A DNA stretch of 63,705 bases, the filler included, from Chiloscyllium plagiosum (taxonomy: Eukaryota): NCBI RefSeq assembly GCF_004010195.1. It is 8 parts of 8 records of this genome, joined end to end, with 100 filler letters (N's around TTAATTAATTAA, not from the genome) between each part and the next. Parts side by side here need not be neighbours in the genome. Positions count along the whole stretch, not along the records: positions 30,918 to 43,424 come from NW_025207098.1; positions 43,525 to 45,960 come from NW_025202952.1; positions 46,061 to 60,669 come from NW_025212824.1; 5 more parts are not named here. One strand, written 5' to 3'. This document shows, in pieces, positions 38,021-50,099 of this stretch (position 1 is its first letter; every line of letters starts with the position of its first letter). The notes under the pieces were generated by a model. That model was not told where the DNA came from and searched no databases. It was given only the letters and a program-made list of their open reading frames with translations. A program made the translations under genes and the position numbers.

Positions 38021-38793
38021 AGAACATAGAACATAGAAGAATACAGCGCAGTACAGGCCCTTTGGCCCTCGATGTTGCGCCGATCCAAGCCCACCTAACC
38101 TATACTAACCCACTATCCTCCATATACCTATCCAATGCCCGCTTAAATGCCCATAAAGAGGGAGAGTCCACCACTGCTGCTGGCAGGGCATTCCATGAAC
38201 TTACGACTCGCTGAGTGAAGAACCTAACCCTAACTTCAGTCCTATATCTACCACCCCCTTAATTTAAAGCTATGCCCCCTCGTAATAGCTGACTCCATAC
38301 GTGGAAAAAGGTTCTCATGGTCAACCCTATCTAAACCCCTAATCATCAAGTCACCCCTAAACCTTCTTTACACCATTGAAAACAACCCCAAGTGCCTCAG
38401 CCTTTCCTCATACGAACTTCCTACCATACCAGGCAACATCCTAGTAAACCTCCTCTGCACCCGTTCCAGTGCCACCACATCCTTCCTATAGTATGGCGAC
38501 CAAAACTGCACACAATATTCCAGATGCAGCCGCACCAGAGTCTTATACAACTGCAACATGACCCCAGGACTCCGGAACTCAATTCCTCTACCAATAAAAG
38601 CCAGTACGCCATATGCCTTCCTCACCCCACTATTTACCTGGGTGGCAACTTTCAAAAATTTGTGTACATGGACACCAAGATCCCTCTGCTCATCCACACT
38701 ACCAAGTATCCGACCATTAGCCCAGTACCCCATCTTTTTGTTATTCTTCCCAAAGTGAATCACCTCGCACTTAGCTACATTGAATTCCATAAT
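38021..38793 (-). mobile_element. Relatively young CR1 LINE 3' end with (TTCTATG)n tail
   Basis: Open RT tail MEFNVAKCEVIHFG...LEYCVQFWSPYYRKDVVALERVQRRFTRMLPGM...YEERLRHLGLFS; the tail catagaacatagaacatagaa abuts the V beta ATG. Confidence 0.92.
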
Positions 38794-39499
38794 GTAGGAC
38801 ATCTGGTCGGCATGGATGAGTTGGACTGAAGGGTCTGTTTCCATGCTGTGCACCACTATTACTCTATGACTTTATGGAATATAATGTGGAAAAATGTGAA
38901 GCCATTTACATGGGCGGAAGAATAATGAAGCAGAATATCACTTAAATGGAATGAATAATTGCAGAATTCTGAGATGTCTGTATTCTGTTCCCTGAGTCAA
39001 AAACCGAGAGAATGCAAACACGACACAACATCAATAACCATATAATGGCTTGATAAAATGTTGACAGCACCAAAAACTTTATGATTTGCTAATGAAAGTC
39101 AGGCACAATTTCCTCCAGCCAGGCAGCCTTATTACTTCAAGGTAACCCTTTGTTTAGCAGTATTTATCGTTTGTGAGACAACATTGGAAATACAGTGCAC
39201 ATCCCCTCCCTCTGGTTGAGAGCTGAGCCCTTCTCTCTTACGCACATTGATAACCCCGCCCCATGCCAGTCTCCACCAAGCCCCTCCCACCCTGATTGGA
39301 TGATCCGAAGCTGCCAAAAGTACGAACTATTCAACATCCATTGGGGATTGGCGGAGGAACAATATTGTGGAGAGGCCACGGCTCTATTTCATGAAAACTA
39401 TAACGAAAGGCCATATGGACAGAACTCAGCAAGAGGGAGGGTACAACCACCGTGCTGGGATTGGACTGTCAATAGTCAGCCGGTGACAGACGAACAGAT

Positions 39500-41010
39500 A
39501 TGTGGACAGAATATGGGGGGGGGGGGGGGGGGAAATGAAAACAGGATTGCTGTGGTGAGCGATTTTAAGTTCAATATTGACTGGGAATCGTTGTGTGCCT
39601 GTGGCATGAATGGGAAAGATTTTTTAAAGTATATCCAGGACACTTTTTTTAAACAATATATAAATAGTTCAACTAGGGGAGGGACATGTTCAGTCTAGAA
39701 TTGGAGAAGGAGCCCTGTCACGTGATTAAGATTTCAGTGGAGGAGCATTTTGAAAACCGTAACCCTCATTCTGTAAGTTTTAAGTGGATAAGGATATCAG
39801 TGGTACTCAAATGAATAAAAAAACTACATGGAGTCTAATTAACACAATATTAGGCCGGAACAAATGACAGCTGTTTGAAGATAAGTCTGGCAAGTGGGAA
39901 TCTTTTAAAGACCAGTTGAATACAGTTCAGGACCAGTTGGTTCAGATTGATGATAAGATTCAGGAATCTTGGACACAAACGGAAGTGAGAGACGACTCAA
40001 AGAGCCCCCAAAGAATTCCAAGATAGCAAGAAAGAACTGAAACAAGGAATTAGGATGGATAAAAGTGACCATAAAATGTCTTTGGAAAACACGATAAAGG
40101 AAAATCCTAAGACATTGCATACATAAGGGGCAAGAGGAGAGCTAGAGTTAATGTAGGTCCCCTCATGGACAAAGGAGAGAACTTGTGCATGGAGCGAGAA
40201 GAAGTGGATGAGGTTCTTGCTGAGTACTTTGCATTAGTATTCACGAAGGAGGAGGACATGGTGAATGGCCTGTCTCAGGAGGGTATGCTGATTATCAATA
40301 TCAATATGAAAAAGGAGAAGGTTTTGAGAGTTCTAAAATGCATAAAGGTACGCATGCTCTCAGGATCTGATGGGTTCTATCTTCAAATGTTGATGGAGGC
40401 AGGTGAGGAAATTGCTGGGGCCTTGTATGAAATGCTTGTCTCCTCTTTAGTGTGGGAGTGATCCCAGTGGACTGGAGAATAGCCAGTATATTGTCCCTTT
40501 ATTTAAGAAGAGCCAGAAGCACAGAGCATGTTTGCTTGCATCAGTTATGAGATAGATTATAAAATCTGGCAAGTACTGTTGCTGCTGTAGAGAACTTCAG
40601 TTTGGTCATATTTCAAATGTTGTGTACAATTCCAGTCACCACAATTCTAGCAGCATGTGGAGGCTTTTGAGAGGGTGCAGAAATGGTTTACTAGGATGTT
40701 GCCTAGTTTGAAGGTTCTTAACAATGAGGAGATATTGGACAAACTTAATTTGTTTTCACTTGAACGTTGAAGGATGAGGTGCAACCTCATAGCGATTTAT
40801 AAATTGAGAGATATGGATAGTTGGAGTATTTTTCCCATGGTAGAAATGGCAATTACTAGGTAAGTGTTTTGAAAAAAAAAGATGAGCGAGACATGTCTTT
40901 CAGAAAGAAGGTGGTAAATGCTTGTAATGCACTGCCAGAGGTGGTAGTTCAGGTGGATACAATAACCACATTTTAAGATGCACCTTGCCAGTTCCATGAA
41001 TAGGCAGGGG
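39500..41010 (+). mobile_element. Old CR1 LINE ORF2 fragments
   Basis: VVSDFKFNIDW, STRGG, EVLAEYFALVFTKEED, cagttccagtcacc-like (CVQF.SP) remnants with many stops. Boundaries approximate. Confidence 0.75.
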
Positions 41011-43424
41011 ATAGAGGTAGTGCTGGAAAAGCACAGCAGATCAGGCAGCATCCGAGGAGCAAGAAAATCAAAATAGATAAAGGCTGGTGATGTGGGTGAG
41101 GAAGCATTTTGGAAGGTAGAGTGTAATGTGGAAAAAATTCAAAGGTTTTGGATTTTTTCAAGAGACCTCTCCAGAACACAATTTCATGAGGCAGCAGAGT
41201 TCAGGCGCATAGATGTTTATTCAAGCAATTACTGGTATTATGCAGGGAATGGCACTCGACAACTCCACATAGCACTGTGTCAAATGTACTCCAGCCTCGT
41301 GCAAGCAGATTCTCAATTTAGCTATTTTCCTTGTCCCTTTCTGAAATCGCTGTGCACATCTGCTCCCCTGTACAATATTGGGGAATGGTGCTGGGTTGTC
41401 AAACTGTGATTGGATCTTTTTTACAACATTCTGTGCCAACAATTTGCTTGCTGCTGTGTGTTTAACTACCAAGTAATTAGATAGGGGACTTCTAACTTTC
41501 TCAATGCAGAGAATCCAAAGGAATATTGATTATTGATCAGTTCCAACAAACTTATATGGCTACATCCAATGGTTGATTTTTTTAAGCTGTCAAGTTGTAT
41601 TTCAACGTGTGAATTAAGTATACATTCCAATGTGTGATCATCTCGCTCTTCCCTGTAATGATTGGGTTGCTGGGATGGGGGTGGGGGGCGGTGTGGGGCG
41701 GGTTTCTACTGTCTGACAGTGGTTTGAATCTTTTTCTCTAATGCTTTTAGTGACCTTTTTGTATCTATGTGGATGCATAATTACTTCTGAATTTCTATGT
41801 ATGATTATCTAAAGGGTCTTAACGATAACTTACACTTAATATTGTTTCAGATTGATGAAATAATTCAAGAGAAACAACAAATTAGTGTGAAATTTTATTA
41901 TTATGTAAACCACTGCAGCTGCACATTCCATCCTAGCTAGTAGCCTTCATTACATAGACTTGCTATTTTCCATGAGTGGAGATTACATTAAAAAGACATT
42001 TCTAAAGCTCCCTAATTACTGTCAGCCATGCTCTTCAGAGCTAGTGGGGTAGCATTCAGTCATTTTGCGGGCGAATGTGCCGTGGCGAATCATCACCAAC
42101 CCGTCATTTCGTGCTGCTCAGTTATGGGCAGCCTTAACAAATACAAAAGTAAAATAGAATTAGAGAGACTGAAAAAATATTGCAATACAGAAAGTTCTGG
42201 GTCCCCTCATGCATGAGCATGATCAGAAATATAGGTTTGTGTGGGGAACAACAAGGAAATAAGCTCCAGGTATCCCAGTCAACCCCGAGAACACCACGAC
42301 CAATAACGATTTTCCATCACCATCAAATTACGAATGTAAACCAGGTGGAAATGTTGTTGCCAAATGTAGCAGATGTATATCCGTCTTTGAGACAGGGAGC
42401 ACACCAGGGTTAACAGTGAACAGAATGAATTATTCGAGCAAAACTGGCATATACTAATCCACAGCTTGTGACCAACATATAACCCAATCCACCTTCAACA
42501 GGATTGGCACAGTACTCTTTCAGGTATAAGAAGATGAAACGCAGGCTGATAAGTTATTACTTAGCCATTGAATCCGTGCAGGCGAAGCACTAGATACCAT
42601 TCAGGATAACAGAGTGAAAACAGGTTTCGCTTTCATTTAGGAGGCTGAAGTCTAAATCTCAGAAGTCAAAAAGATTTACCACCGACAGAAAGGTAACTAG
42701 ATGTATCAGGAAGCTGAAAAATGTGATGTAGAATGTATCTTAAATATCTGATGGAGCTGTTCAGGAAATCTAATCAATATTTCTCCCTTGTGCCAGGACT
42801 TGGAGCAATGTCGACACCTCACTCTCATCAATGACTTTCTAATATTCGAAGGGTAATTGGTGATACTCGGAGCAACAATACCTGAGATTCTTCAGATAAT
42901 TCACCTGGATCACTTAGTCATTACAAAGTGTCATTCAAGTTTGTTACTGTCAGTATGGTGGCCAGAGGTTTCTTAAGATTCAACTAATTAGTTGTTTTAT
43001 TTTAATCGAAAATGGCTAGGAATCAAACAGCAGCATTTTGGTGACTAGTTGATCTTAGATACCATGCAGCTGAATAAAAACAAAGGTCATATCGAGTATA
43101 CGTCTGCACTTGCAAAATACGCACCAGGTTGTGGATTCAAATAAAGGTTTCAGCCTTCATGCTGGTGATGTTTGCTTGCAACTCTTTGTGATACAATAAA
43201 TATGAGAGAGACAGAAGAAAGAACTGAATTGGTCATGGTTACTAAACATTCGGAAGGCATTGAATCTCTCCAAAGTGGAAATGGATCTTTCAGTCCAACA
43301 AGTTCACACCGACTCTCTGACAAGTTACCCACCCAGAACCGAACGCTTTGGGCAATGTAGCATAGTCAATTCACCTAAGCTGTACATGTTGGGCTTGGGA
43401 CGAAACCAAGCACAAGGAGAAAAC

Positions 43425-43524
43425 NNNNNNNNNNNNNNNNNNNNNNNNNNNNNNNNNNNNNNNNNNNNTTAATTAATTAANNNNNNNNNNNNNNNNNNNN
43501 NNNNNNNNNNNNNNNNNNNNNNNN
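43425..43524. other. Artificial contig-joining linker
   Basis: 44 N + TTAATTAATTAA + 44 N. Confidence 0.98.
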
Positions 43525-43834
43525 TGTGAAACAGACCTGAAGCTACTCAAATTTACTTCCAAAGAAGCTATTCAGCAAAACAAATATCCCAAGATGTGTA
43601 TGTGTCCATGTTTAAGCAGAACCTCATGTAAAGACATGATCCCATGTGTTCGGGCTGTACAAGCTGATACCAGGAACCAGTCTGAGCCTCCAGCAGGAAA
43701 CCAACATGCGGAAACTGTAAGTCTGCCCCTTCCGATGGCCATATAAATCCTGGTCACTGGACTGTTATTTAACACTCCTGGGTCGGCTTTGTTTAGAAAG
43801 ATCTTGATAGAACGGCTTCCCACAAGTTAACAGA

Positions 43835-44315
43835 ATGATTGTGTCGACAATTTTTCTCAGTTTGTTACTGACTTTCTTATCATGTGAGTGTTTTTTGTTC
43901 AAGTCTCTCTTTGTGACTGTCTCAATGTTAGTCTACGGCAAGAATGTAAAAGACTCAGGCATCATTTCATCAGCATTAATGCTCATGGTTTATTTGTTTT
44001 CTTTTTTAAAGGTGTCCAGTCGGGGGTTATTTTGACCCAGCCAGAGGCAGAGACTGGCCGTCCCGCAAGCAGCCTGAAACTGACCTGTAAAACCAGCGGG
44101 TTCGATCTTAGCAACTACACCATGAGCTGGGTGCGACAGGTTCCCGGACAGAGTCTGGAGTGGCTGCTATACTACTATAATTCATCGGACAATAACTATG
44201 CACCAGCGATTAAGGGTCGATTTACTGCGTCCAAAGACACTTCAAACAACATTTTCGCGTTGGACATGGAGAACTAAAGATCGAAGACACCGCCATCTAT
44301 TACTGTGCAAGAGAC
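43835..44315 (+). pseudogene. IGHV: IgM-type VH segment (leader 43835-43883; V exon 44012-44315) with a 1-nt FR3 frameshift
   Basis: MIVSTIFLSLLLTFLS|gtgagt; [51 protein letters not shown]...[19 protein letters not shown] then aactaaagatc (expected aac cta aag atc), then KIEDTAIYYCARD. TATAAA at ~43742. Confidence 0.93.
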
Positions 44316-44353
44316 CACAGCGAGAGGAACCAGGCTGGACCCGTTCAAAAACA
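44316..44353 (+). promoter_or_regulatory. VH RSS (22-nt spacer)
   Basis: CACAGCG + agaggaaccaggctggacccgt + TCAAAAACA. Confidence 0.88.
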
Positions 44354-44713
44354 GCTCGAGGGAACATTTTGTCAATTCCATCATAAACTGATGGTCAGTA
44401 CGAGTTTTAAACGCAATTATACCGACTGCGATCTGAAGCAGACCTCAGGCTGCCTCTTACAAAACTATCAAAGAGGAAATGTACCATTTAAACTAGCAAA
44501 CTGGTGACACAATGGGACAATATTTTGGGCATCTCATATGTACTGCTAACACTTCCATCAATTAAATGCTCGGACCAAATGTTAGTTTTAATATATCTGA
44601 CAGCTCAGGAAATGACCACTAATTGTTATGTCAACTATAGCATTAATTCTAAACATGATCAGTACGAAATGGCTCTTTCAAATGAAAATTGAGACCTTGA
44701 GTAAAGAACAGAG

Positions 44714-44793
44714 AATGAGTGTACTGGTCTACATCATTGTGATACTACAGTGGGTCACAGTGTTGTGCACAGCGACATCCTCATACATTAACC
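44714..44793 (+). other. IGHD: DH1 segment (44742-44755, ATACTACAGTGGGT) with 5' 12-RSS and 3' 22-RSS
   Basis: aatgagtgt-12-CATTGTG | D | CACAGTG-22-ACATTAACC; matches the shark D1 12/22 arrangement. The 5' nonamer is degenerate. Confidence 0.88.
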
Positions 44794-45091
44794 ACTGACA
44801 AGTGCTTATCTCAAATTGGTGATTTCTACCATGGCAGGAGCGAGAAATAATGTGAGATGCAATTTAAACGCAATCCAGTTGCGCTAGTTTGTACAAATGT
44901 ATTTTTCTACCTTCTTCGTTTTGATTGTCAAGTTAAATGCAGACCAAACCTGTAAAAGTATTCCAAGCTTTCAAAATACAATGAATCGTAAAAGCTGAAA
45001 TAATGTACCAAATCATTTTTAGAGGAGTCTGAATCACTGCTTTCTAGGAAGTGATGAAATTCTCTGCATTTTACAGTTTACAGTCTGTCAT

Positions 45092-45162
45092 AGTATTTGA
45101 CACAACGTGTCTCACAGTGATATAACCGGGGTGACACTACAATTATGATCAATACAAAAACC
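45092..45162 (+). other. IGHD: DH2 segment (45120-45134, ATATAACCGGGGTGA) with 12/12 RSS
   Basis: agtatttga-12-CACAGTG | D | CACTACA-12-ACAAAAACC; matches the shark D2 12/12 arrangement. Confidence 0.85.
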
Positions 45163-45960
45163 TATTCAGCCTCCATTGTTTGAATCTAGTCAGTGATTAC
45201 TTCTACAAACCGTCTTAACTTGCAGTCAGTATTAGTTCCGTGCGGTCTAATGCCAGTATCACTATTTAATTTGTAAAAGTGGTGGGTAATTATTGATACA
45301 CCAGTTGGGGATTTTGAGAATCAGCTCATGTGTTACTCTGTGAAGTATAAAACAGTATTTACATTAATCAAGAATGTTCAGAATTCACTAGCACAATTAT
45401 GTGATGAAGATTTATCGTGACTTTATTTTGCCTGTGGTTCTGAAAATTTAAANNNNNNNNNNNNNNNNNNNNNNNNNNNNNNNNNNNNNNNNNNNNNNNN
45501 NNNNNNNNNNNNNNNNNNNNNNNNNNNNNNNNNNNNNNNNNNNNNNNNNNNNNNNNNNNNNNNNNNNNNNNNNNNNNNNNNNNNNNCTTGAAACACCTAA
45601 TGTCTCTTAATCAGTCAGCTATAAATGATGTTTAATGTCAGTGACACCCTGACTGTGAGTTTAATTATCAACAACAAACGCTATGAATTCAAAGATGTTT
45701 GAGATATTACCAAACAAGATTAAAATGTGCTAAAATATCATTATTCATTTCTTGAATATATGTTCTTACCCTGGTTATATTTTCTCATTTATTTTGTTAA
45801 TTTTGTTGATGACAATCAGGTTAGAAACTGTCAGAAAAATTTCTTGCGGTGCTAAATTGCATTCTGTTGATTAGATTCTGAGTTTGTTTTATTTGATTCT
45901 GTTGAATTGAGTTGATTGAATTTTGGATTTGTTTTAGTTGATTCGGTTGAACTGTGTTGA

Positions 45961-46060
45961 NNNNNNNNNNNNNNNNNNNNNNNNNNNNNNNNNNNNNNNN
46001 NNNNTTAATTAATTAANNNNNNNNNNNNNNNNNNNNNNNNNNNNNNNNNNNNNNNNNNNN
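45961..46060. other. Artificial contig-joining linker
   Basis: 44 N + TTAATTAATTAA + 44 N. Confidence 0.98.
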
Positions 46061-48659
46061 AAGGAGGCCATTCTTGACTCGTCTCCCTGGTAAGTGTTTG
46101 GGAATAAGGTCCATTTTACTAGTCTCTGTTCAAGTTTCCAGTCGTCAGGAGTTTCACGCTCATAGAGCACGACTGGAACTTCCTTTGGAACAGGGAAGCC
46201 ATGTCGGTTGTGGGGTTCAGTTGTTTCTTTGGTCATTGTAGTGATGATCCACGCCTTATCCAAGTAAAACATTCTGACTCGGAGTCTGGCCATAGAAGAT
46301 GAAGGCAAAGGGAAGGGACAGGAAACATTATGAATGGGGGGATGAGTAAATGGGTCAGAACCATTCCTATTCATCCAGCTGAGACTGATGGTCTGAGGAC
46401 CTCCTGCCTCCAAATTGAATTAATGGAATGACGATTATATTCAAGCCAGTCCCCAGTGAGAATAGATCAACAGCAAAGAACTGCCCTCCATTTCATAGGA
46501 ATCTCTCTATCTTGGTATGGGCGGCCAAAGCCTGGTCGTTGTGGCTAATGAGGCCTTAGTCCAGGTGAAGACATGTTTCTGGTGTCAAGGGTTTATACCA
46601 TTACTTGGTCAGTGCATACGGAGACTTAAATGGCGTTTAACTGTCACCACCTGGGACGCTGTGGGAATTGTGGAGAGAGAGAAAGAGGGAGAGAGAGGGA
46701 GAGAGAAATAGAGAGGGAGAGGAAGTGAATTCGTCAGCAACAAATAAGGACGGAGTGATAGAGAGGCAGGTTCTGGTCAACACATTTTCAGAAGGATGTG
46801 ATTGAACTTGAGAAGCTGCAGAGAAGATTTATCAAAATACCGCTTGGCCTGAACAGTCTGAGATATGACGAAGTATTAGAATAGCGGGGTGTATTTTTTT
46901 CTTGGAGCAGTGAATGTTTTGGGTGGACCTGATAGAGGGGTTTAAGATTTTGGGAGGCAGAGATACTGGCGGGGTGGGATGGCACTTTTCCAGTGAGTCG
47001 ATTCGTCAAGTCATGGAGGTGTACAACACAGAAACTGACTCTTCAGTCTAACTCAATTAATCTAGTCCAATTTGTTAAAATCTGGCACATCTCCCTCCAC
47101 ACCCTTCCTATTCATATAACCATTCAGATGCCTTTTAAATGTTGTAATTATAACGGCGTCCACCACTTCCTCTGGCAGCTTATTTCATCCACGAACCACC
47201 CTTGGCATTAAAAAAAATGCAGCTTTTTTCCCTTTTGTAAATTTCTCCTTCCACTTTTAACCTATGCCGTCTAGTTTTGGAAGGCACTACCCTGGGGAAA
47301 AATCCATGTTTGTTCACACTATCCATGCCCCTCATGATATTATATACTTCTTTAATGTCACCAAATAATGTCCGATGCTCCATGGAGATTAGCCCAGGGT
47401 ATTCAAAGGAGGCTTGAATAGTGGTGTCAATAACTGGGGCAAGATTGACGGTAATAAAGACGTAAATAGAAACTAGGAGTAGGCCATTCGCCTCTTTGTG
47501 TTCGCTGTGTCATTCAGTATGATCATGGCTGACTGTCCCTCTCAATGCCATGTTCCTGCATTCTTCTCAAACCCGTTGATGTTGTTAAATCCTAAAAATG
47601 AATCTCCCTCTTTCTCTTAAATATGCTCAGTATCTTCTCCTCCTCAAGCTTCTGTGGCACCGAATTCCACAGGTTAACCACGCTGTGAGTGGAGACCTCT
47701 CCAACCTGTATCCCCTGAGATTGTGTCGCCCTGTTCACGCATCGAGTCTGTCCGTTTCTGGTAAAATTTGACATGTTGAGATGAGATCACACTCAGATGC
47801 TGAGAAGAGTATTGAGGTGAAATATTTTCACCCGGAGTGCGGTGGGAGACTTAAACTCACTGACTGAAATGCTGATAGAATCTCAAATTCTCAGAAAGTT
47901 GAAGTAGAAATTAGATATTCACTTGGTTGCTGTAGCCTTCAGGGATATGAATGAAGAGCTGCAGAATGTGATTATTATATTTAGGTGTTTGTTAACTTAC
48001 ATAGATAAAATGTCTTCACGTCAATAAATGTGTAACTAAAACAGAGTGAAATAGATTGATTCACTTTTTAATATTAACTGAGAGAGTGGGTTGACACTTA
48101 GCTGCTGCTCCAAGACTCAGTGTTACGATGTTACAGAGATCAGGAGAGAATGAGAGAAATATGGATGATGGGAGAGACTAATTGAGTCAATAAAGTATTG
48201 AGGACACACAGAGAAAGGGGTGAAAAACAGTTAGAGAGATAGTTGAAAGATGATGAGGGTGAGAGAGGCAGAGACAGAGGTAAACACAAAGACAAAGAAA
48301 TTCGGAGAGGGACGAACCATAATTGAAAGAGAGAGATATTGAGAGACAGGCATCAAAACATGGACACAGACACAGACACGAAATGGAGTTGGCATTGGGA
48401 ATGGAGGGAGTGATAAATGTAGACAGAAAATGAAGCAGCGAATCAGGCATAAATATAAATAGAATGAGAGAGAGTCCACATCCTGAAATGGAAAAGAGGG
48501 AGGTGGAATTGCAGGGGGCTGACATGGCTCTCTGTGTTCGATGTCTCGTATGTACTGAGGAACTATCAGTAAGACTCTCACAGGCTGCATCTTCATAGAA
48601 CAGAACACAGTGAAGTTACAGTCTTGAAGGAACCAAGCACAGGAGCAGAATCGCACACC

Positions 48660-49228
48660 ATGATTTCAAACACCCAGCTGCTCTGGAATTTGGCATTCTT
48701 CATCAATGGTACAGATCACTCTCCGTCGACCTTCAATTTTAGCTGCTCTCTATTTCACTCCAATCCCACTAACTTGTCATTGAATGGAAAATGCTGAAAC
48801 CGGAGGATCGCTCTGTGACTCCAATAGTCTCTCATTTCACAGAGTCTTTCTGTGGCAGTTCTGACTTATCTGTGTTTCTCTCTCACCCGTCAGGTATCAG
48901 TGGGGACATCATCATTAGACATTTCCCCCCGTTGCTGTCCTTGTGCTTGGGCCAGATCACAACCATCAACTGCATGGCCCATAAGGACGTCAACGACAAC
49001 GTCAATTGGTATCAACAGCGAAAAGGATAGAAAACCTCTCTCCTGTTCAGCGATGCAAATTATCGATGCAAAGAGTCTCTGAGCGAATCACTAGCAGTCA
49101 ATTAAGCATCAATTTCAAACTGACAATCAGCAATGTTCGGGATGAACATGTCGCTGAGTATTATTGTGCGAAAGATTCCAGCCTGCCTCAAATGATTTAG
49201 TTCAGTAAAGGAACCAAGCACACAGTGA
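48660..49228 (+). pseudogene. IGKV: Germline-joined Ig kappa VJ pseudogene (leader 48660-48708; VJ exon 48894-49228)
   Basis: MISNTQLLWNLAFFIN|gt...ag|GISGDIII...TINCMAHKDVNDNVNWYQQRKG*, frameshift, VSERITSS...FKLTISNVRDEHVAEYYCAKDSSLPQMI*FSKGTKHTV. No RSS between V and J; J donor appears mutated (ataagt). Confidence 0.88.
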
Positions 49229-50099
49229 ATAAGTCAACCTCAATCCTCTCTTATTAAAAACCTTTTCAATACTGAAAAACAACTTCAAAACAATATTACT
49301 ACTGAATTGATGAAGGTATTAGTTGGGAGCTGCAGTGAATAAAATTGGTTATTGAGGAGAATTGTATCGAACAGATTGTCCTGCTCTATCTCTTCCATTC
49401 CATGCAACCTTTAAACAGCAAGATATAACTCAGTAAATCGTACTCACAATGTGAGGGAGCTCTGTGTGGTTGCAGCCTCGGGTCCCATTCCTGCAGCATG
49501 GAGTGAAATCACTGAGCAGCCTGTCTGTCTCGGTGTGATGGATATGGGCAGATTTCGCTGCAAGGTTTCTTTCCTGTCGCATCTTTGATTCCAGTGACGA
49601 AAGTAGAAAATACAGCATCATTAGCAACAGCAATCAGCAACAGCCAAGACACGAATTGAGTCACGGAGCTCCCAGAATCCCAACCATTAACTCTGCTCAA
49701 TTACACAATCACAGAACTTTTACAGTGCACACCGAGGCCATTCTGTCCATCGTGCTAGAACCATCTCTCTCTGAATCAGCAATTTTCTTATTATCATTCT
49801 TCTTCCTTCTTCCTGTTTGCCTGTGCATTGTTCCTTTTCGAACAACAATCTTATTACCTTCTCAATGTTTCAATTGAAACTGTCTCCAGCATACTCTCAG
49901 CCTTTGCATTCTACACCGACATCATTCGTTGGCTGAGAATGTTTACGCTTGACCCTCAATTTTGATTCTTTTACAGATTAACTTGCAGTCTGTGGCCTCA
50001 GTCTCACATCTTTAATGGCTGGGATTTTCTTTTCCTGTTTACTCTGTTCAGACCCTTACTTAGTTTGATTTCCTCTGACGCATCTGTCTTAAAAAACGA

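Noticed and set aside
12173-45162. Apparent hybrid Ig/TCR super-locus (TRAC next to IgM C, V beta next to VH), recalling shark IgHV-TCR delta rearrangements or NAR-TCR
   Set aside because: Each element is on a separate contig between artificial linkers. No single contig mixes Ig and TCR segments.
46061-46413. Minus-strand ORF at the contig start
   Set aside because: No recognisable domain; runs into the linker; possibly a repeat remnant.
49221-49262. CACAGTG after the kappa V as a possible RSS
   Set aside because: It lies inside the J coding sequence, and the nearest nonamer-like TTAAAAACC is 26 nt away, fitting neither a 12 nor a 23 spacer.
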